Source of the DNA: Planctomycetota bacterium
Lineage (GTDB): Bacteria; Planctomycetota; Planctomycetia; Pirellulales; Lacipirellulaceae
Direction of reading: 5' to 3'
NCBI GenBank assembly: GCA_039190745.1
Contig: JBCCXZ010000011.1
Coordinates: 11,223-75,222, forward strand
Length of the DNA stretch: 64,000 nt
This document shows, piece by piece, positions 49,648 through 60,381 of this stretch. Numbering within the stretch: the first letter of the stretch is position 1; every line of letters begins with the position of its first letter. The notes under the pieces are model-generated. The model was not told the origin of the DNA, searched no databases, and was given only the letters and a program-made list of their open reading frames with translations. Position numbers and translations under genes: made by a program.

Positions 49648-50868
49648 ATGGCTGAAGCGACCGAAGACGCCGCCGAGCTGACCCACGCCGCACCGACGAG
49701 CGCCGCCGGTGTTAGCGAGTGCATTGTGCAGGCCGCCGCAACGGGCCAGGCCGTCTACCCGGTCGCCGGCGGGCCGGCTCTTGAGGGGTCGGCGATAGAC
49801 CGTTCCGGCGTTGCGGTCTCGATGAGCGGGCTGTCTCGGGTGATCGATTTCCCCGCGCGGGACATGACAATCACGCTCGAGGCGGGCGTGACGATGGCCG
49901 CACTCCAAGAGACGTTGAGCGCCGAAGGGTTGCGGCTGCCGCTGGACGTGCCGCACGCGGAATCCGCCACCATCGGCGGCGTGGTGGCCTACTCGCCCGT
50001 GACGCCTTCATCGAGCGGCTCCGGCACGGTGCGCGACTACGTGATCGGTATCGAGGCGGCCGGCGCCGACGGCGAACTGTTCAAGGGCGGCGGCCGGGTG
50101 GTGAAGAACGTCGCGGGGTACGACTTCTGCAAGCTGCTTTCCGGATCGCGGGGCACGCTGGGCGTGGTCACGCAGGTGACGCTCAAGCTGAAGCCCGCGG
50201 CCGAGACAACGGCAACGTTGGCTGTTCCGGTCGATGCGTTGTCCGAGGCCGAGACGGCTTTCGAACGGCTGGCAGGCCTGCCAGCCTTGCCGGCGGCGGT
50301 TGAGTTGGTAGCCGGACCCGAATGGCGAGAAACAGCACAGGCCGAGCACCTCGTTGTGGTCCGGCTGGAGGGTTCGCGTCCCGAAGTGGAGTGGCTCTTG
50401 GACGAGGCTTGCAAGCTGCTCGCCCCGCTGCCGGTGGATACAAATCAGGCCTTGTGGGACCAAGCGGGCGATAGCTTGGCGAAGGCGCTTTCCGATTGGA
50501 GCGGCCAACGCGGCGGGCATTGGCTCCAGGCCCTTTCCCCGGCGGGTTCGTCGTGCCGGATGGTCGAGGTCTTGCAGCGGGCTTGCCCGGGTTGTTCGGT
50601 GCAGGCCCACGCGGCCAATGGCGTGATGCTGGCGAAGCCGCAAGGCATGCCCGCGGCCGACTTGCAGCGCGTCTTGGTCGAGGAGCTCCGCCCCGTCGCC
50701 CGCCGCGTGCAGGGCCGAGTGAGCCTCGTGGAACAGCCGCCGGGGGATCGGCTGGCGCCGGGCGTCGCTTTTGACCTAGGAGACTCAGAACGGCGGCTGA
50801 TGCAGGCGGTGAAGGACGCGTTCGATCCGCAGCACCGACTCAATCCGGGACGTTTTATCTTCGCATGA
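49648..50868 (+). CDS. glcE: Glycolate oxidase FAD subunit GlcE-like
   Basis: GGRVVKNVAGYD, GS.GTLG and FDP...LNPG motifs; lies between glcD and glcF. Confidence 0.85.
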   Translation: MAEATEDAAELTHAAPTSAAGVSECIVQAAATGQAVYPVAGGPALEGSAIDRSGVAVSMSGLSRVIDFPARDMTITLEAGVTMAALQETLSAEGLRLPLDVPHAESATIGGVVAYSPVTPSSSGSGTVRDYVIGIEAAGADGELFKGGGRVVKNVAGYDFCKLLSGSRGTLGVVTQVTLKLKPAAETTATLAVPVDALSEAETAFERLAGLPALPAAVELVAGPEWRETAQAEHLVVVRLEGSRPEVEWLLDEACKLLAPLPVDTNQALWDQAGDSLAKALSDWSGQRGGHWLQALSPAGSSCRMVEVLQRACPGCSVQAHAANGVMLAKPQGMPAADLQRVLVEELRPVARRVQGRVSLVEQPPGDRLAPGVAFDLGDSERRLMQAVKDAFDPQHRLNPGRFIFA

Positions 50869-52196
50869 GCACGAGCACCAAAGCGTCGAACCCTGCGAGG
50901 AAGCCGGGCCCGTCGAAGAAGCCGGGCGCGGAGATCGACTACGGGCTGTTCCTCGACTGCGTCCACTGCGGGCTGTGCACCTCGGCGTGCCCGACCTACG
51001 TCGAGACGGGTGACGAGAACAACAGCCCCCGCGGCCGCATATACCTGATGCGGTCTGTGGTGGACGGCCGGATCGAGATGGATCGGCACGTCGAGCGGTA
51101 TCTCGACCTGTGCCTCGACTGCCGCGCCTGCGAAACGGCCTGCCCCTCCGGCGTGCAGTACGGCAAGCTGATCGAGCCGTTCCGCGTCGATATGGAGAGC
51201 GCCCGGAAAGAGCCGCAGCACAACGATTGGTTCCACAGTGTGGTGCTGTTCGGGCTGTTCCCCTACGCCAACCGGATGCGACTGTCGTTGGCCCCGGCGC
51301 GGGTGGCGCAGGCGTTGAAGCTGGATAGGCTGGCCGAGCGTGTGGGGCTTTTCAATCTGCTGCCCTCGCGGGTGGCGCAGCTGGTGAAGATGCTGCCGCC
51401 GGCGGGGCGTGAGCGGCGGCCGCTGCCGGAGTTTATCCCGGCCAAGGGCCCGCGTCGGGCGCGGGTGGCGTTGTTCACCGGGTGCGTGGGGGACGCGATT
51501 TTCCGCGATACGAATTGGGCAACGGCGCGCGTGCTGCGTGAGAACGGCTGCGACGTGGTTGTGCCCCGCGGGCAGCAGTGCTGCGGGGCAATCCACTTCC
51601 ACGCCGCCAGCTCCGAGCCCGCCCGGGAGATGGCCGACGCAAACGCCGCGGCGTTCGACGCCGCGGACGTCGACGCGGTGATCGTGAATGTCGCCGGGTG
51701 CGGGGCGATGATCAAGGACTACCCCCACCACTGGGACGGTGCTGGTCAGGCCGATCGCACCAGGTTTGCGTCGAAAGTGAAAGACATCAACGAGTTCCTC
51801 GACGAGCTCGGTATCATCGAGCCGCAACACGCGGTTGACGCCACAGCCACTTACCACGATGCGTGCCACTTGGCTCACGCGCAGCAGATCCGCTCGGCCC
51901 CGCGGGAACTGCTCGCGAAGGTGCCGGGGCTGAAGGTGGTCGACCTGCCGGAGAGCGAGCTCTGCTGCGGCGCGGCCGGCACGTACAACCTGACCGAGCC
52001 GGAGATGGCGAGCCGGTTGGCGGCGCGGAAGCTGGAGAACATCCGCAGCACGGGCGCCGAGATGGTGATCACCGCCAACGCGGGGTGCATCCTGCAGATC
52101 GCACGGCACGCGGTCGAGCAGGGCGCGCCGTTGCCGGTGGTGCACCCGGTCGACGTGCTCGACGCGAGCTACCAGGGCCGGCCATTGCCGAAGTAG
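50865..52196 (+). CDS. glcF: Glycolate oxidase Fe-S subunit GlcF-like
   Basis: CVHCGLC...CPTY, SPRGRI, CLDCRACETACPSGV and two CCG domains. Confidence 0.9.
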   Translation: MSTSTKASNPARKPGPSKKPGAEIDYGLFLDCVHCGLCTSACPTYVETGDENNSPRGRIYLMRSVVDGRIEMDRHVERYLDLCLDCRACETACPSGVQYGKLIEPFRVDMESARKEPQHNDWFHSVVLFGLFPYANRMRLSLAPARVAQALKLDRLAERVGLFNLLPSRVAQLVKMLPPAGRERRPLPEFIPAKGPRRARVALFTGCVGDAIFRDTNWATARVLRENGCDVVVPRGQQCCGAIHFHAASSEPAREMADANAAAFDAADVDAVIVNVAGCGAMIKDYPHHWDGAGQADRTRFASKVKDINEFLDELGIIEPQHAVDATATYHDACHLAHAQQIRSAPRELLAKVPGLKVVDLPESELCCGAAGTYNLTEPEMASRLAARKLENIRSTGAEMVITANAGCILQIARHAVEQGAPLPVVHPVDVLDASYQGRPLPK

Positions 52197-52207
52197 CGAG
52201 GCGCCTT

Positions 52208-53287
52208 ATGCGGGTTTGGCTCCGAACCATGCTCAGCGGCTTGGTCGCATTGATGGCGGTCTGCCTGCTGCTCCGCACCTGGGTCGTGATGGGGTTGATC
52301 GTGCCGATGGCGGTGTCGGGCAGCTCGATGGCCCCCGGGCTGAGGGGCTCGCACTTTCAGTCAACGTGCCTGAGTTGCGGTTCGAATACGGACCGTTCCG
52401 TGGAATCGAGTGTAGCGGCGGAGCGGTTGCCGTGCCCCGCCTGCGGCGAGGCGAGCTCGATGATCACGGGCCCGATTCTGCCCGCCGACCGCTTGTGGGT
52501 GAGCCGTCTCGGCCGGCCGCAGCGGTGGGACGCGGTGGTCGCCGAGTCGCCAGACGAGCGCGGGCTGTGCGTGAAGCGGCTCGTCGGGCTGCCGGGCGAA
52601 GAGGTCGCGTTTGACGGGGGCGACCTGCTGATCGACGGCCGCGTTGTTCAGAAAACGCTCGGCGAGCAGCGAGCCGTCCGGGTGCGGGTCGCCGAGCACC
52701 CCGGATTTCAGAATCGGGTTGTGTTCACGCCGGTCGGACAGCCGGTGTTCACCGACGACCTGCCGTACAACGCGGCGCTCACGCGGCGGCTGAACCCGGT
52801 GTCGGACCTGATGGTTTCTGCGACGGTTTCGCACGGCGATCGCCTGAGTGCTTCGGTTGCGATCGGCCTCGTGCGATTTGGATTGAGCGATTCGGGGACG
52901 GCCATATTGAGCTTGGACGGCGTGCCGGTTGCGTCTGTCGAACGACGACTACCGCCGCACGCTTTCAGGCTTGAAGCATCGACGTTCGATAGCCTGGCGG
53001 TGCTGGCAATCGACGGTGAGGTTTGGTTGCAAAGCCCGCTGCCTCGGCTCGGTCCGATCGAGCACGTCGAGGCGGTCGTCTCGGGAGAGGGCTCGCGGTT
53101 GGCGGAAACGACGCTCTGGCGGGACCTGTATTACGACTACCCCGTCGGCGTGTCCCCGCGGGGTTGGTTGCTTGGGCCGGGGGAAGTCTTCGTATTGGGC
53201 GACAACACGCCGGTATCGATCGACAGCCGTCTGTGGGGACCCATTCGCCGTAACTCCATCGTGGGCAGGCCTTTGAGCGGGTGGTAG
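52208..53287 (+). CDS. Signal peptidase I (S26) paralogue
   Basis: SGSSMAP (Ser), KRLVGLPG (Lys) and GDN...S.DSR; CxxC...CxxC insert; ATG at 52208. Confidence 0.85.
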   Translation: MRVWLRTMLSGLVALMAVCLLLRTWVVMGLIVPMAVSGSSMAPGLRGSHFQSTCLSCGSNTDRSVESSVAAERLPCPACGEASSMITGPILPADRLWVSRLGRPQRWDAVVAESPDERGLCVKRLVGLPGEEVAFDGGDLLIDGRVVQKTLGEQRAVRVRVAEHPGFQNRVVFTPVGQPVFTDDLPYNAALTRRLNPVSDLMVSATVSHGDRLSASVAIGLVRFGLSDSGTAILSLDGVPVASVERRLPPHAFRLEASTFDSLAVLAIDGEVWLQSPLPRLGPIEHVEAVVSGEGSRLAETTLWRDLYYDYPVGVSPRGWLLGPGEVFVLGDNTPVSIDSRLWGPIRRNSIVGRPLSGW

Positions 53288-53431
53288 CACTTTCGGCGAG
53301 GGGTGTTCAATCAAGTTTCCCCCCGCCGCGCCTTTCGGCTATATTCACCCGCCCGCTGCGAAGAACCTTCTCCGCCCCGCCCCGGCCGATCCCAGAACCC
53401 CCTCCGCAAGCCTCATACACTTCGCACGCCG

Positions 53432-55414
53432 ATGGCCAAGAAGAAACGCAGAACGGGCCCCCGCTCGGAGTCGGCCAGCAAGACGTCTCAGCGGTCGGAA
53501 GCGGTCGCGGCGCCCAACGGCTGGTACGCGACACGCGAGACCATCGAATCGATCGTGGTCGCGTTTGTGCTCGCGTTCCTGTTCCGCACGTTCCAGGCGG
53601 AAGCGTTTGTGATCCCAACCGGGTCGATGTCGCCATCGCTCATGGGCCAGCATAAGGACGTGCAGTGTACCGAGTGCGGCTACCGCATCCGCACCACGGC
53701 CAGCACCGAGGGTGAGGAGTATGGCGCGATGCTGGCGACCGCGAACAACCCGAGAGTGCGTGCCGACGACCGAGCCCGGTTCCGTAGAATGGCCGAGTCC
53801 CAGCTGGTGGTAGCGGGCATGTGCCCCATGTGCCGGCAGACGGTGGCGTTCCGCGAAGACTTGGGCGGCGATGTGCCGCCGTTCATCAAGCTCGACAACA
53901 CCGCGGAGAGCAAGAGCTACCCGGGCGACCGGGTGTTGGTGAACAAGTACGGCTTCGGCTTCTATGAACCCGAGCGGTGGGACGTAGTGGTGTTCAAGTT
54001 CCCCGGCGACGGGTCGATGAACTACATCAAGCGGCTGGTTGGGCTGCCGGGCGAGACGCTGCAGGTTTTCCAGGGAGACCTCTATGTGCAAAACCCGCAG
54101 ACCAAGGCGTTCGAGATCACGCGCCGCCCGGAGGACGTGCAGCTGGCGCTGTTGCAGCCGGTGCATGACACCGATTACGAATCGGCGACGCTCTACCGAG
54201 CGGGCTGGCCCCTGCGTTGGGCGGCGACGGACGGGTCCGGTTGGCAAGTCGAAGCCGAGGGCGACGAAGGCTCGCTCGACGTGGCCTACCGCGTTGACGC
54301 GAAAGACACGACTCAGTGGCTGGCTTACCGCCATCTGATCCCGAGCCAGACGGCTTGGGCTCGCGTATTCGAGGGAGAGACGGAGCGGGTGGCCGAGCTG
54401 GCGGAGCCGCAGCTGATCGTCGACTTCAACGATTACAATGCCCGGATTTTGCGGGGTCAGACCACCGGTTTCAGCACGCTCACCAAGTCGCGGAGCCGCG
54501 TGCCGAGCTGGGAGATGGAGCCTTACCGGATGGGCACGCACTGGGTCGGCGACCTGGCCGTAGAGTGCGAGGCGGAGTTCAGCGAGGCCGAAGGTGAGTT
54601 GACCCTCGAACTCGTTGAGGCAGGCCAGCGGTTCCGCTGCACGATCGACTTGGCCGCAGGTACCGCGACCTTTGGCATCGACGGCCTGTCCGGCTACCAG
54701 CCCCAGGTGCAGCTCGCTGGCTTCGGCCCGGGCAGCCACGAACTAATGTTTGCCAACGTGGACGATTGTCTTTGGCTGTGGGTCGACGGCGAGCACATCG
54801 CGATTGACGGTGCCGAGTACGACGGCGAAGCCGTGTTTGGCGGCCGCGATAATGCGATCCCCGTTTCCACCGACCAGGACCCGGGCGACCTCGAGCCGGC
54901 CCGCGTCGGCGTGAAGGGTGCGTCGGTGACCATCGAACGGCTGGTCGTGCTGCGAGACATCTACTACCTAGCGGTCAGCGCGACCGGCGCCAACGACCGT
55001 GAGGTCCGCGCGGAGTGGGTCGAGGGCGGCTACCTGAGCGAGTACGGTTCGCCGGACACCTCGATTGAACTGGAGGACGGCACGCGGCTGTTGGGCGTGA
55101 GCGGCCTGCAGGAGCTGTTCCGGCGGCCCGACCAGTGGGCGCGGTTCAAGTTCCGGGGGCCGCGTCGATTCACGATCGGCGAGGACCACTTCTTCGTGCT
55201 GGGGGACAACAGCCCGGAGAGCCAAGACAGCCGCCTATGGTTGCGGAACCGCCAGGATAAGCGTCGGGGAGTGCCCGGCGGGGTGTACCTGGAGCGGGGC
55301 CTGCTCACAGGGCGGGCGTTGTGCGTCTTCTGGCCGCACTCGTGGGGCGGGGTTCCGGGAATCCCTGCGTTGCCGGGTCTGCCAAATCTTGGAGACATGC
55401 GGATCGTGCGTTAG
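53432..55414 (+). CDS. lepB: Signal peptidase I, long form
   Basis: IPTGSMSP, GDRVLV.K, YIKRLVGLPG and GDNSPESQDSR; large insertions. Confidence 0.9.
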   Translation: MAKKKRRTGPRSESASKTSQRSEAVAAPNGWYATRETIESIVVAFVLAFLFRTFQAEAFVIPTGSMSPSLMGQHKDVQCTECGYRIRTTASTEGEEYGAMLATANNPRVRADDRARFRRMAESQLVVAGMCPMCRQTVAFREDLGGDVPPFIKLDNTAESKSYPGDRVLVNKYGFGFYEPERWDVVVFKFPGDGSMNYIKRLVGLPGETLQVFQGDLYVQNPQTKAFEITRRPEDVQLALLQPVHDTDYESATLYRAGWPLRWAATDGSGWQVEAEGDEGSLDVAYRVDAKDTTQWLAYRHLIPSQTAWARVFEGETERVAELAEPQLIVDFNDYNARILRGQTTGFSTLTKSRSRVPSWEMEPYRMGTHWVGDLAVECEAEFSEAEGELTLELVEAGQRFRCTIDLAAGTATFGIDGLSGYQPQVQLAGFGPGSHELMFANVDDCLWLWVDGEHIAIDGAEYDGEAVFGGRDNAIPVSTDQDPGDLEPARVGVKGASVTIERLVVLRDIYYLAVSATGANDREVRAEWVEGGYLSEYGSPDTSIELEDGTRLLGVSGLQELFRRPDQWARFKFRGPRRFTIGEDHFFVLGDNSPESQDSRLWLRNRQDKRRGVPGGVYLERGLLTGRALCVFWPHSWGGVPGIPALPGLPNLGDMRIVR

Positions 55415-55477
55415 CGGGCTAAACGGCGCAAGCCAAGACTGAACGACTGCCGGTACCGTCAAGGAGGACGCGGCACA

Positions 55478-56350
55478 GTGAATCTCTTACAAGTCACAGG
55501 CCTCGTGAAGAACTACGGCCGCCGCCGCGTGGTGGACGGTGTGGACTTCGAGGTCCGCCAGGGCGAGATCGTCGGCCTGTTGGGCCCCAACGGCGCCGGG
55601 AAGACCACCACGTTCCGCATGACCTGCGGCATGATCGAACCCGACGCGGGCGCGGTCTCGCTCGCCGGCAAGGATGTCACCAACTGGCCCATGTACAAGC
55701 GGGCCCGCGATGGGGGCATGGGCTACCTCGCCCAGGAGTCGAGCGTCTTCCGCAAGCTCTCGGTGCAGAACAACCTGCTGGGCGTTATGGAGATGCTCGG
55801 CATGAAACGCTCTGAGCGCCGCAAGCGTTGCGGCGAGTTGCTGGAGCAGTTCGGGATCACCAAGCTCCGCAAGAGCAAGGCGATGTCGCTCTCCGGCGGC
55901 GAGCGACGGCGGCTGGAGATCGCCCGGTGCCTCGTATCGAACCCAGACATCATACTGCTCGACGAGCCGTTCACGGGGATCGACCCGGTGACGATCGCCG
56001 GGATCCAGGATATTATCCGCGACCTCCGCACGCGGGGCATCTCGATCCTGATCACCGATCACCAGGTTCGAGAAACGTTGCAGATCACCGACCGCAGCTA
56101 CGTTATCCGGGCCGGTCAGGTGTTGTGCCACGGCTCGCCGAACGAGGTGCTGCAGAACCCCGAGGCGCGGCGGGTCTACTTCGGCGAAGGGATGGACCTT
56201 GGCGTGACGCCGCACCAGCCTAGGCCTGCCTCCGACACGCCGGCCGCCGATTCGCCAGACCGCCTGGCGCAGATTAGGGGACGCGTTGTCGAGCGCAGCT
56301 CTGCAGGGAGCAACGGGGATGAGGCTCCGCCGCGCGAAGGCGCCGCCTAG
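55478..56350 (+). CDS. lptB: LPS export ABC ATPase LptB
   Basis: GPNGAGKT, YLAQE.SVFRKL, LSGGERRRLEIAR, DEPF.GIDP and ITDH.VRETL motifs. Confidence 0.93.
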   Translation: MNLLQVTGLVKNYGRRRVVDGVDFEVRQGEIVGLLGPNGAGKTTTFRMTCGMIEPDAGAVSLAGKDVTNWPMYKRARDGGMGYLAQESSVFRKLSVQNNLLGVMEMLGMKRSERRKRCGELLEQFGITKLRKSKAMSLSGGERRRLEIARCLVSNPDIILLDEPFTGIDPVTIAGIQDIIRDLRTRGISILITDHQVRETLQITDRSYVIRAGQVLCHGSPNEVLQNPEARRVYFGEGMDLGVTPHQPRPASDTPAADSPDRLAQIRGRVVERSSAGSNGDEAPPREGAA

Positions 56351-57384
56351 CGGACCGCCTGCGGCTGCTCTTGCAGCACTTCTTCGACGACGTCGCTAAC
56401 AAAGTTCTCGACGTCCTCAAACTGGTCGGCGTCTTCGACGGCCCCCGCGTTCTGGCCGCAGCCGGGGTTGCGGAACATCGAGGGCAGCATGGCCCAGGTG
56501 GCCTGCCAGTAGTTGTGGTACACCGGGTAGTCGATGTCCGGGTTCTGGGCCTGGTAGTCTTCCATCCGAGTGCCGAGCGTGTTGTGCGCCACGCGCGGGT
56601 GCCGGTGGTGGGGGCCGTGGATGAAGATGTCGAAGTTCAACCATGAGGCGAGCTTCAGCAGCCACTTCTGCGGCAGCACCGTGCGGGTGCCCAGCAGCGG
56701 GTCGTAGCTCGCCATGCCGAGGTGCTCGGTGAATTTACGACCGGTCTGCCACACCGCGGCGATGTACATCGGCAGGAGGATGCAGCGGAGGTGTTCTCCC
56801 CATAGGCCGGCGTAGGAGGTGTAGGCCCAGATGGCGCCCCACACGACGACGATGCCGATGTACTCGAGCATCACGCTGCGGCGGACCTTGGGGTCGGTCA
56901 GCGGCGACTTCGGGTGGAAGTAGATGCGGCCGTAGACAATTGGGCCCGCGGCGATCCCCAGCAGGAGGTCGAACCACACGAAAGCACGCCGGAAGCCGAG
57001 CGAGGCGTTAGGGTCGCTGTACGGCCAGAGTTCCCAGTCGCGCGGGGTGTTGAGGTAGGCGTGGTGGCGGATGTGCGTCTCGCGGTACGAAGTGTACGGC
57101 GTCCACATCAGGGTGCCCAGCAGCCGACCGACCCACACGCTGATGAAGCGGTTCTTCCACAGCGTCTGGTGGGCCGCCTCGTGGAGCGCGCTGGTCCAGC
57201 AGAACATCATCGACGCGGTGAACAGCGCGATCATCGCGCCGAGCCACGGGTTCTCTCGCCCGTACCCGAGCGCGGCAATCCCCACGCCCACGCCGGCGAG
57301 CGGAACGCTCAGCAGGCGCGGGATGGTCGACTTTTCTTCGATTGCGCGACTTTCGTCGGCGGTGAACTCGGTCACCGTAGCCAC
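56347..57384 (-). CDS. Membrane fatty-acid desaturase family protein
   Basis: His boxes HEAAH, HIRHH and HGPHH; GTG start after AAGGGG. Confidence 0.88.
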   Translation of the reverse strand: MATVTEFTADESRAIEEKSTIPRLLSVPLAGVGVGIAALGYGRENPWLGAMIALFTASMMFCWTSALHEAAHQTLWKNRFISVWVGRLLGTLMWTPYTSYRETHIRHHAYLNTPRDWELWPYSDPNASLGFRRAFVWFDLLLGIAAGPIVYGRIYFHPKSPLTDPKVRRSVMLEYIGIVVVWGAIWAYTSYAGLWGEHLRCILLPMYIAAVWQTGRKFTEHLGMASYDPLLGTRTVLPQKWLLKLASWLNFDIFIHGPHHRHPRVAHNTLGTRMEDYQAQNPDIDYPVYHNYWQATWAMLPSMFRNPGCGQNAGAVEDADQFEDVENFVSDVVEEVLQEQPQAVR

Positions 57385-57698
57385 GGGGCTGACCCCTTGT
57401 TCGGTCTCGCGCCTCTGGGTGTGTCGTCCAAGATTGAGGCGGGCGCGGGCCGTGTGTGGCGTCCTTGCGATTGCGGTGCAGCGTGCTCGTCCCAGTAGCC
57501 CAAGCCCTGGGGACACGCTCGTTCAGGCTACTTCGGGCAGCCTGACCCGAAATCTTTACCCTTTTTAGCCATTGCATTTAACTTACCCAGGCAGAATTTT
57601 GCGGTCAAACTGTGACTCCTGTCGGCCTGTTTCGAGCTAGCTTTGTTTGCCCGTTTTGGAGTCCTGCCTTGCTGCTCCCCGCCTACAGGTTTCTAGCG

Positions 57699-58781
57699 AT
57701 GGTTCTCCCCGACTCTTACCGCGTGGAATGGGCCGAGAGCCTCCCGCCCGAGGAGGCTCGGCGCCTCGGAGGGCCTCCCCTGGCGAATATGGCCGGGTTT
57801 GCGGCCTTCTCTACCAAGAAGACTCAGCTGCTCTTCGCGGAAGTGCTTCGCGGCGACCGGCGGGTGTGCTTGGCGCCGGTGGTGAGGCTGCGTCGTCGGA
57901 AAGCCACCGACATGCTCCGCCAGCCGCTGAGACGGTGGCTGGGTTTGTTGTTCGGTCCGCTGGCCTACAAGACCACCCTGCTGTTGGACACCGCATTCAT
58001 GGCCTACCACGCCGGATCGCCGTTCTGCTGTGAGGAGGGTGTGGACCGTGAGGGCGTGAAACGGGCCGTCGCCGCGTTCCTCAAGAAGCAGCGCCGCACC
58101 GACACGGTGTGGATCACCGAGCCGGAGGGCGAGAGTGCGTGGGCGGAGGAAGCGGGGTTCGACCGTTTCCGGACGCTGCCGATGGTGCACGTCGACGTGA
58201 CGGGCTGCGGCTCGCTCGACGACTACACCGCTAGGCTGTCGAAGAAGCGTCGGCGGAATTGTCGGACCGAGCGGGAGCGGTTCGAGTCGGCGGGGGCAAC
58301 CATCGAGTTCGTCGAGGGCCCCTTCGACGGAGACGTGGCCGAGGAGATGCTCGGTTGCCTCGCGGCGAGCGCTGAAAAGAGCACCCTCACGGTGCCCTAC
58401 AACGACGTTCTGACGCACCCCGACGCGTTCCGCGCTCAGCAGCAGTTCGGGTTGGTCGCGCGGCTCGACGGCAAGATGATTGGGTTCATGAGCTTCATCG
58501 AGTCGGGCGGTTTGCTCATGCAGTGCCACGGCGGGCTAGACTACATCCGGTCGACCGAGGTGCAGGCGTACCACAACCTCATCTACGCGGCGATCGGCCT
58601 GGCCATCGAGCGGGGCTGCGACCGGCTGAGCATGGGTCCGCTCAACAACGAGACCAAGCGGCGGGCCGGTACCGACCTGCTGCCGATGGCCGCCTGCTTG
58701 TGGAACAAGAACCCGGTCGACACGCTGGTGGCCCGAAAGCTGTTTATCCGTAACTTCCAGGTCTACAGCGGCGAGGTCTAG
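57699..58781 (+). CDS. GNAT/FemAB-like protein
   Basis: DDY..RLSKKRRRN.R.E and Y..LIY.AI..AI..G...L.MG.....K...G pattern. Confidence 0.75.
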   Translation: MVLPDSYRVEWAESLPPEEARRLGGPPLANMAGFAAFSTKKTQLLFAEVLRGDRRVCLAPVVRLRRRKATDMLRQPLRRWLGLLFGPLAYKTTLLLDTAFMAYHAGSPFCCEEGVDREGVKRAVAAFLKKQRRTDTVWITEPEGESAWAEEAGFDRFRTLPMVHVDVTGCGSLDDYTARLSKKRRRNCRTERERFESAGATIEFVEGPFDGDVAEEMLGCLAASAEKSTLTVPYNDVLTHPDAFRAQQQFGLVARLDGKMIGFMSFIESGGLLMQCHGGLDYIRSTEVQAYHNLIYAAIGLAIERGCDRLSMGPLNNETKRRAGTDLLPMAACLWNKNPVDTLVARKLFIRNFQVYSGEV

Positions 58782-58822
58782 GACGGCGATGTCGCTGAGG
58801 CCGCCGAGGCGTAGCTCGGCGG

Positions 58823-59461
58823 CTAGGAACGCTCGACGCTTCTGTCATGACCTAAAAGAAGCTCGGCGGTGCCGCGGCCGAGTTGTTCGCATGTGGTGAG
58901 GGCGTCGACGAACTCGACGTCGAGCCGCTCGACCTGTTCTGCATCGACCAGCGTGACGCTGCCAGCCCAAGGGTCGGGCGACCCGGGCAGGTACACCGTG
59001 ACCTGCCCCTCGGCCGACCTTTCGACCTCAAACCCGACGCGGCGGCCCAGCGGCGTCTGCACAGCGACCGCTTTGAGTTGCGGTTTGTTCTCTGTGCCGC
59101 CAATGCTGCCGGCCATCAGCTCCTTGACGATCAGGTAGCGGGGGAACATCAGCGAGAGGTTCTTCTCGACGAACCCCGCGATCCGCTGGGCGAACCGCCG
59201 CCGGGCGAGCAGGCCGGCGAGGAAACACGCCAGCACGATCACCGCTAGCGTGAGCCCGATCAGCAGCGCGTACCCCGCGGCTGAGTGCAGGCCGAGGGTT
59301 TCTTGGATCGTTTGCGCGACGGGCCAGGCGATGGAGACGATCTGCCCCACCAGCCACCCGATCACGATCAGCGGCAGCAGGAAGATCACACCGCCGATAA
59401 GTGTGGTCTTCCAGAAGCCGAAGGTGCGGCGGACGTGTTCGGCGGCTTGTTGGACGGGCAT
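58823..59461 (-). CDS. DUF502-like membrane protein
   Basis: GG.IFLLPL, GLLA, P.Y..VK and VYLPGSP.PW.G motifs. Confidence 0.8.
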   Translation of the reverse strand: MPVQQAAEHVRRTFGFWKTTLIGGVIFLLPLIVIGWLVGQIVSIAWPVAQTIQETLGLHSAAGYALLIGLTLAVIVLACFLAGLLARRRFAQRIAGFVEKNLSLMFPRYLIVKELMAGSIGGTENKPQLKAVAVQTPLGRRVGFEVERSAEGQVTVYLPGSPDPWAGSVTLVDAEQVERLDVEFVDALTTCEQLGRGTAELLLGHDRSVERS

Positions 59462-59676
59462 CTTGCTCTCGTGAGTGTCGCTTCACGCCTCAGAGGACAC
59501 GGAGAACGCAGATCCTCCGCTCGGGCTTTCGAGCCGACAGCAGGGATCACCGGTCACGCGGAGGCCCGCGGCGATGTGCGCGCGCAGCGATTCGGCCAAC
59601 TGATAATAACACAAGCAGCCGGCGTGCGGCGTCCCGGTCCGCCCGTCGGACGGTCGGCGATCACGAACCGATCACG

Positions 59677-60249
59677 CTACCGCTTCCGTCGCAGCGCTGC
59701 GCAGCACGCCAAGGCGGCGAGCGCGAGCGTGCCCGGCTCGGGGACAAACGACGCCGAGGAGATCGTGGCCGTCGCCGTCTGATCCAGCGCCGGGGAGACC
59801 GGCACGCGACCGGCGTCGAGCCAGCTCCACGTCCCCGTGCGGCTGGCCTTGTTGAGCGTCACTTCTAGGCCGAGCGAGTCGGACGCCAGCAGCGAATCGG
59901 TGATCTGCAGCTGGCTGCCGTCGTTCGAGAGGATGCTCACCGGGATGTCCGCCCCGCCCACGTCGAAGGTGTAGGCGCGCGTTGAGGAGCTGAAGCTGCC
60001 GCTAAACTCGAAGTCGACCGTCGTCTCGCCGGTGGTGTCCGGCACGGTAAGCGTTGCCGTGTAGCTAAGCGGGAGGTCGTTCGGCTCGGGGTTCGAGCTC
60101 CGCAGGACGGTGTTGATCACCACGAAGGTGAGCGCCTCGGCGTCGGTGATCTGGCCACTGAGTTCGTAGACCGTCGCCGAGTGGCATTGGCCTACGGGGG
60201 CGAAAAAGAAGAGGGTGGAAAGGAGTGAGAGTCTCGTCGCGTTAGTCAT
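59677..60249 (-). CDS. PEP-CTERM sorted surface protein
   Basis: Signal peptide; C-terminal VPEPGTLALAALACCAALRRKR. Confidence 0.9.
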   Translation of the reverse strand: MTNATRLSLLSTLFFFAPVGQCHSATVYELSGQITDAEALTFVVINTVLRSSNPEPNDLPLSYTATLTVPDTTGETTVDFEFSGSFSSSTRAYTFDVGGADIPVSILSNDGSQLQITDSLLASDSLGLEVTLNKASRTGTWSWLDAGRVPVSPALDQTATATISSASFVPEPGTLALAALACCAALRRKR

Positions 60250-60381
60250 GCCTCTGCTCGGTTGTTGTGTAGCGATCCGTTGTTGCACTGCTTAGTTGTC
60301 TCAAAATTAGTAAACAACACGGAGCGGCTTTGCAAGATTGTGCGGCAACCCGCGGCAGCTGGCGGGGCGCACTATGCTTCG

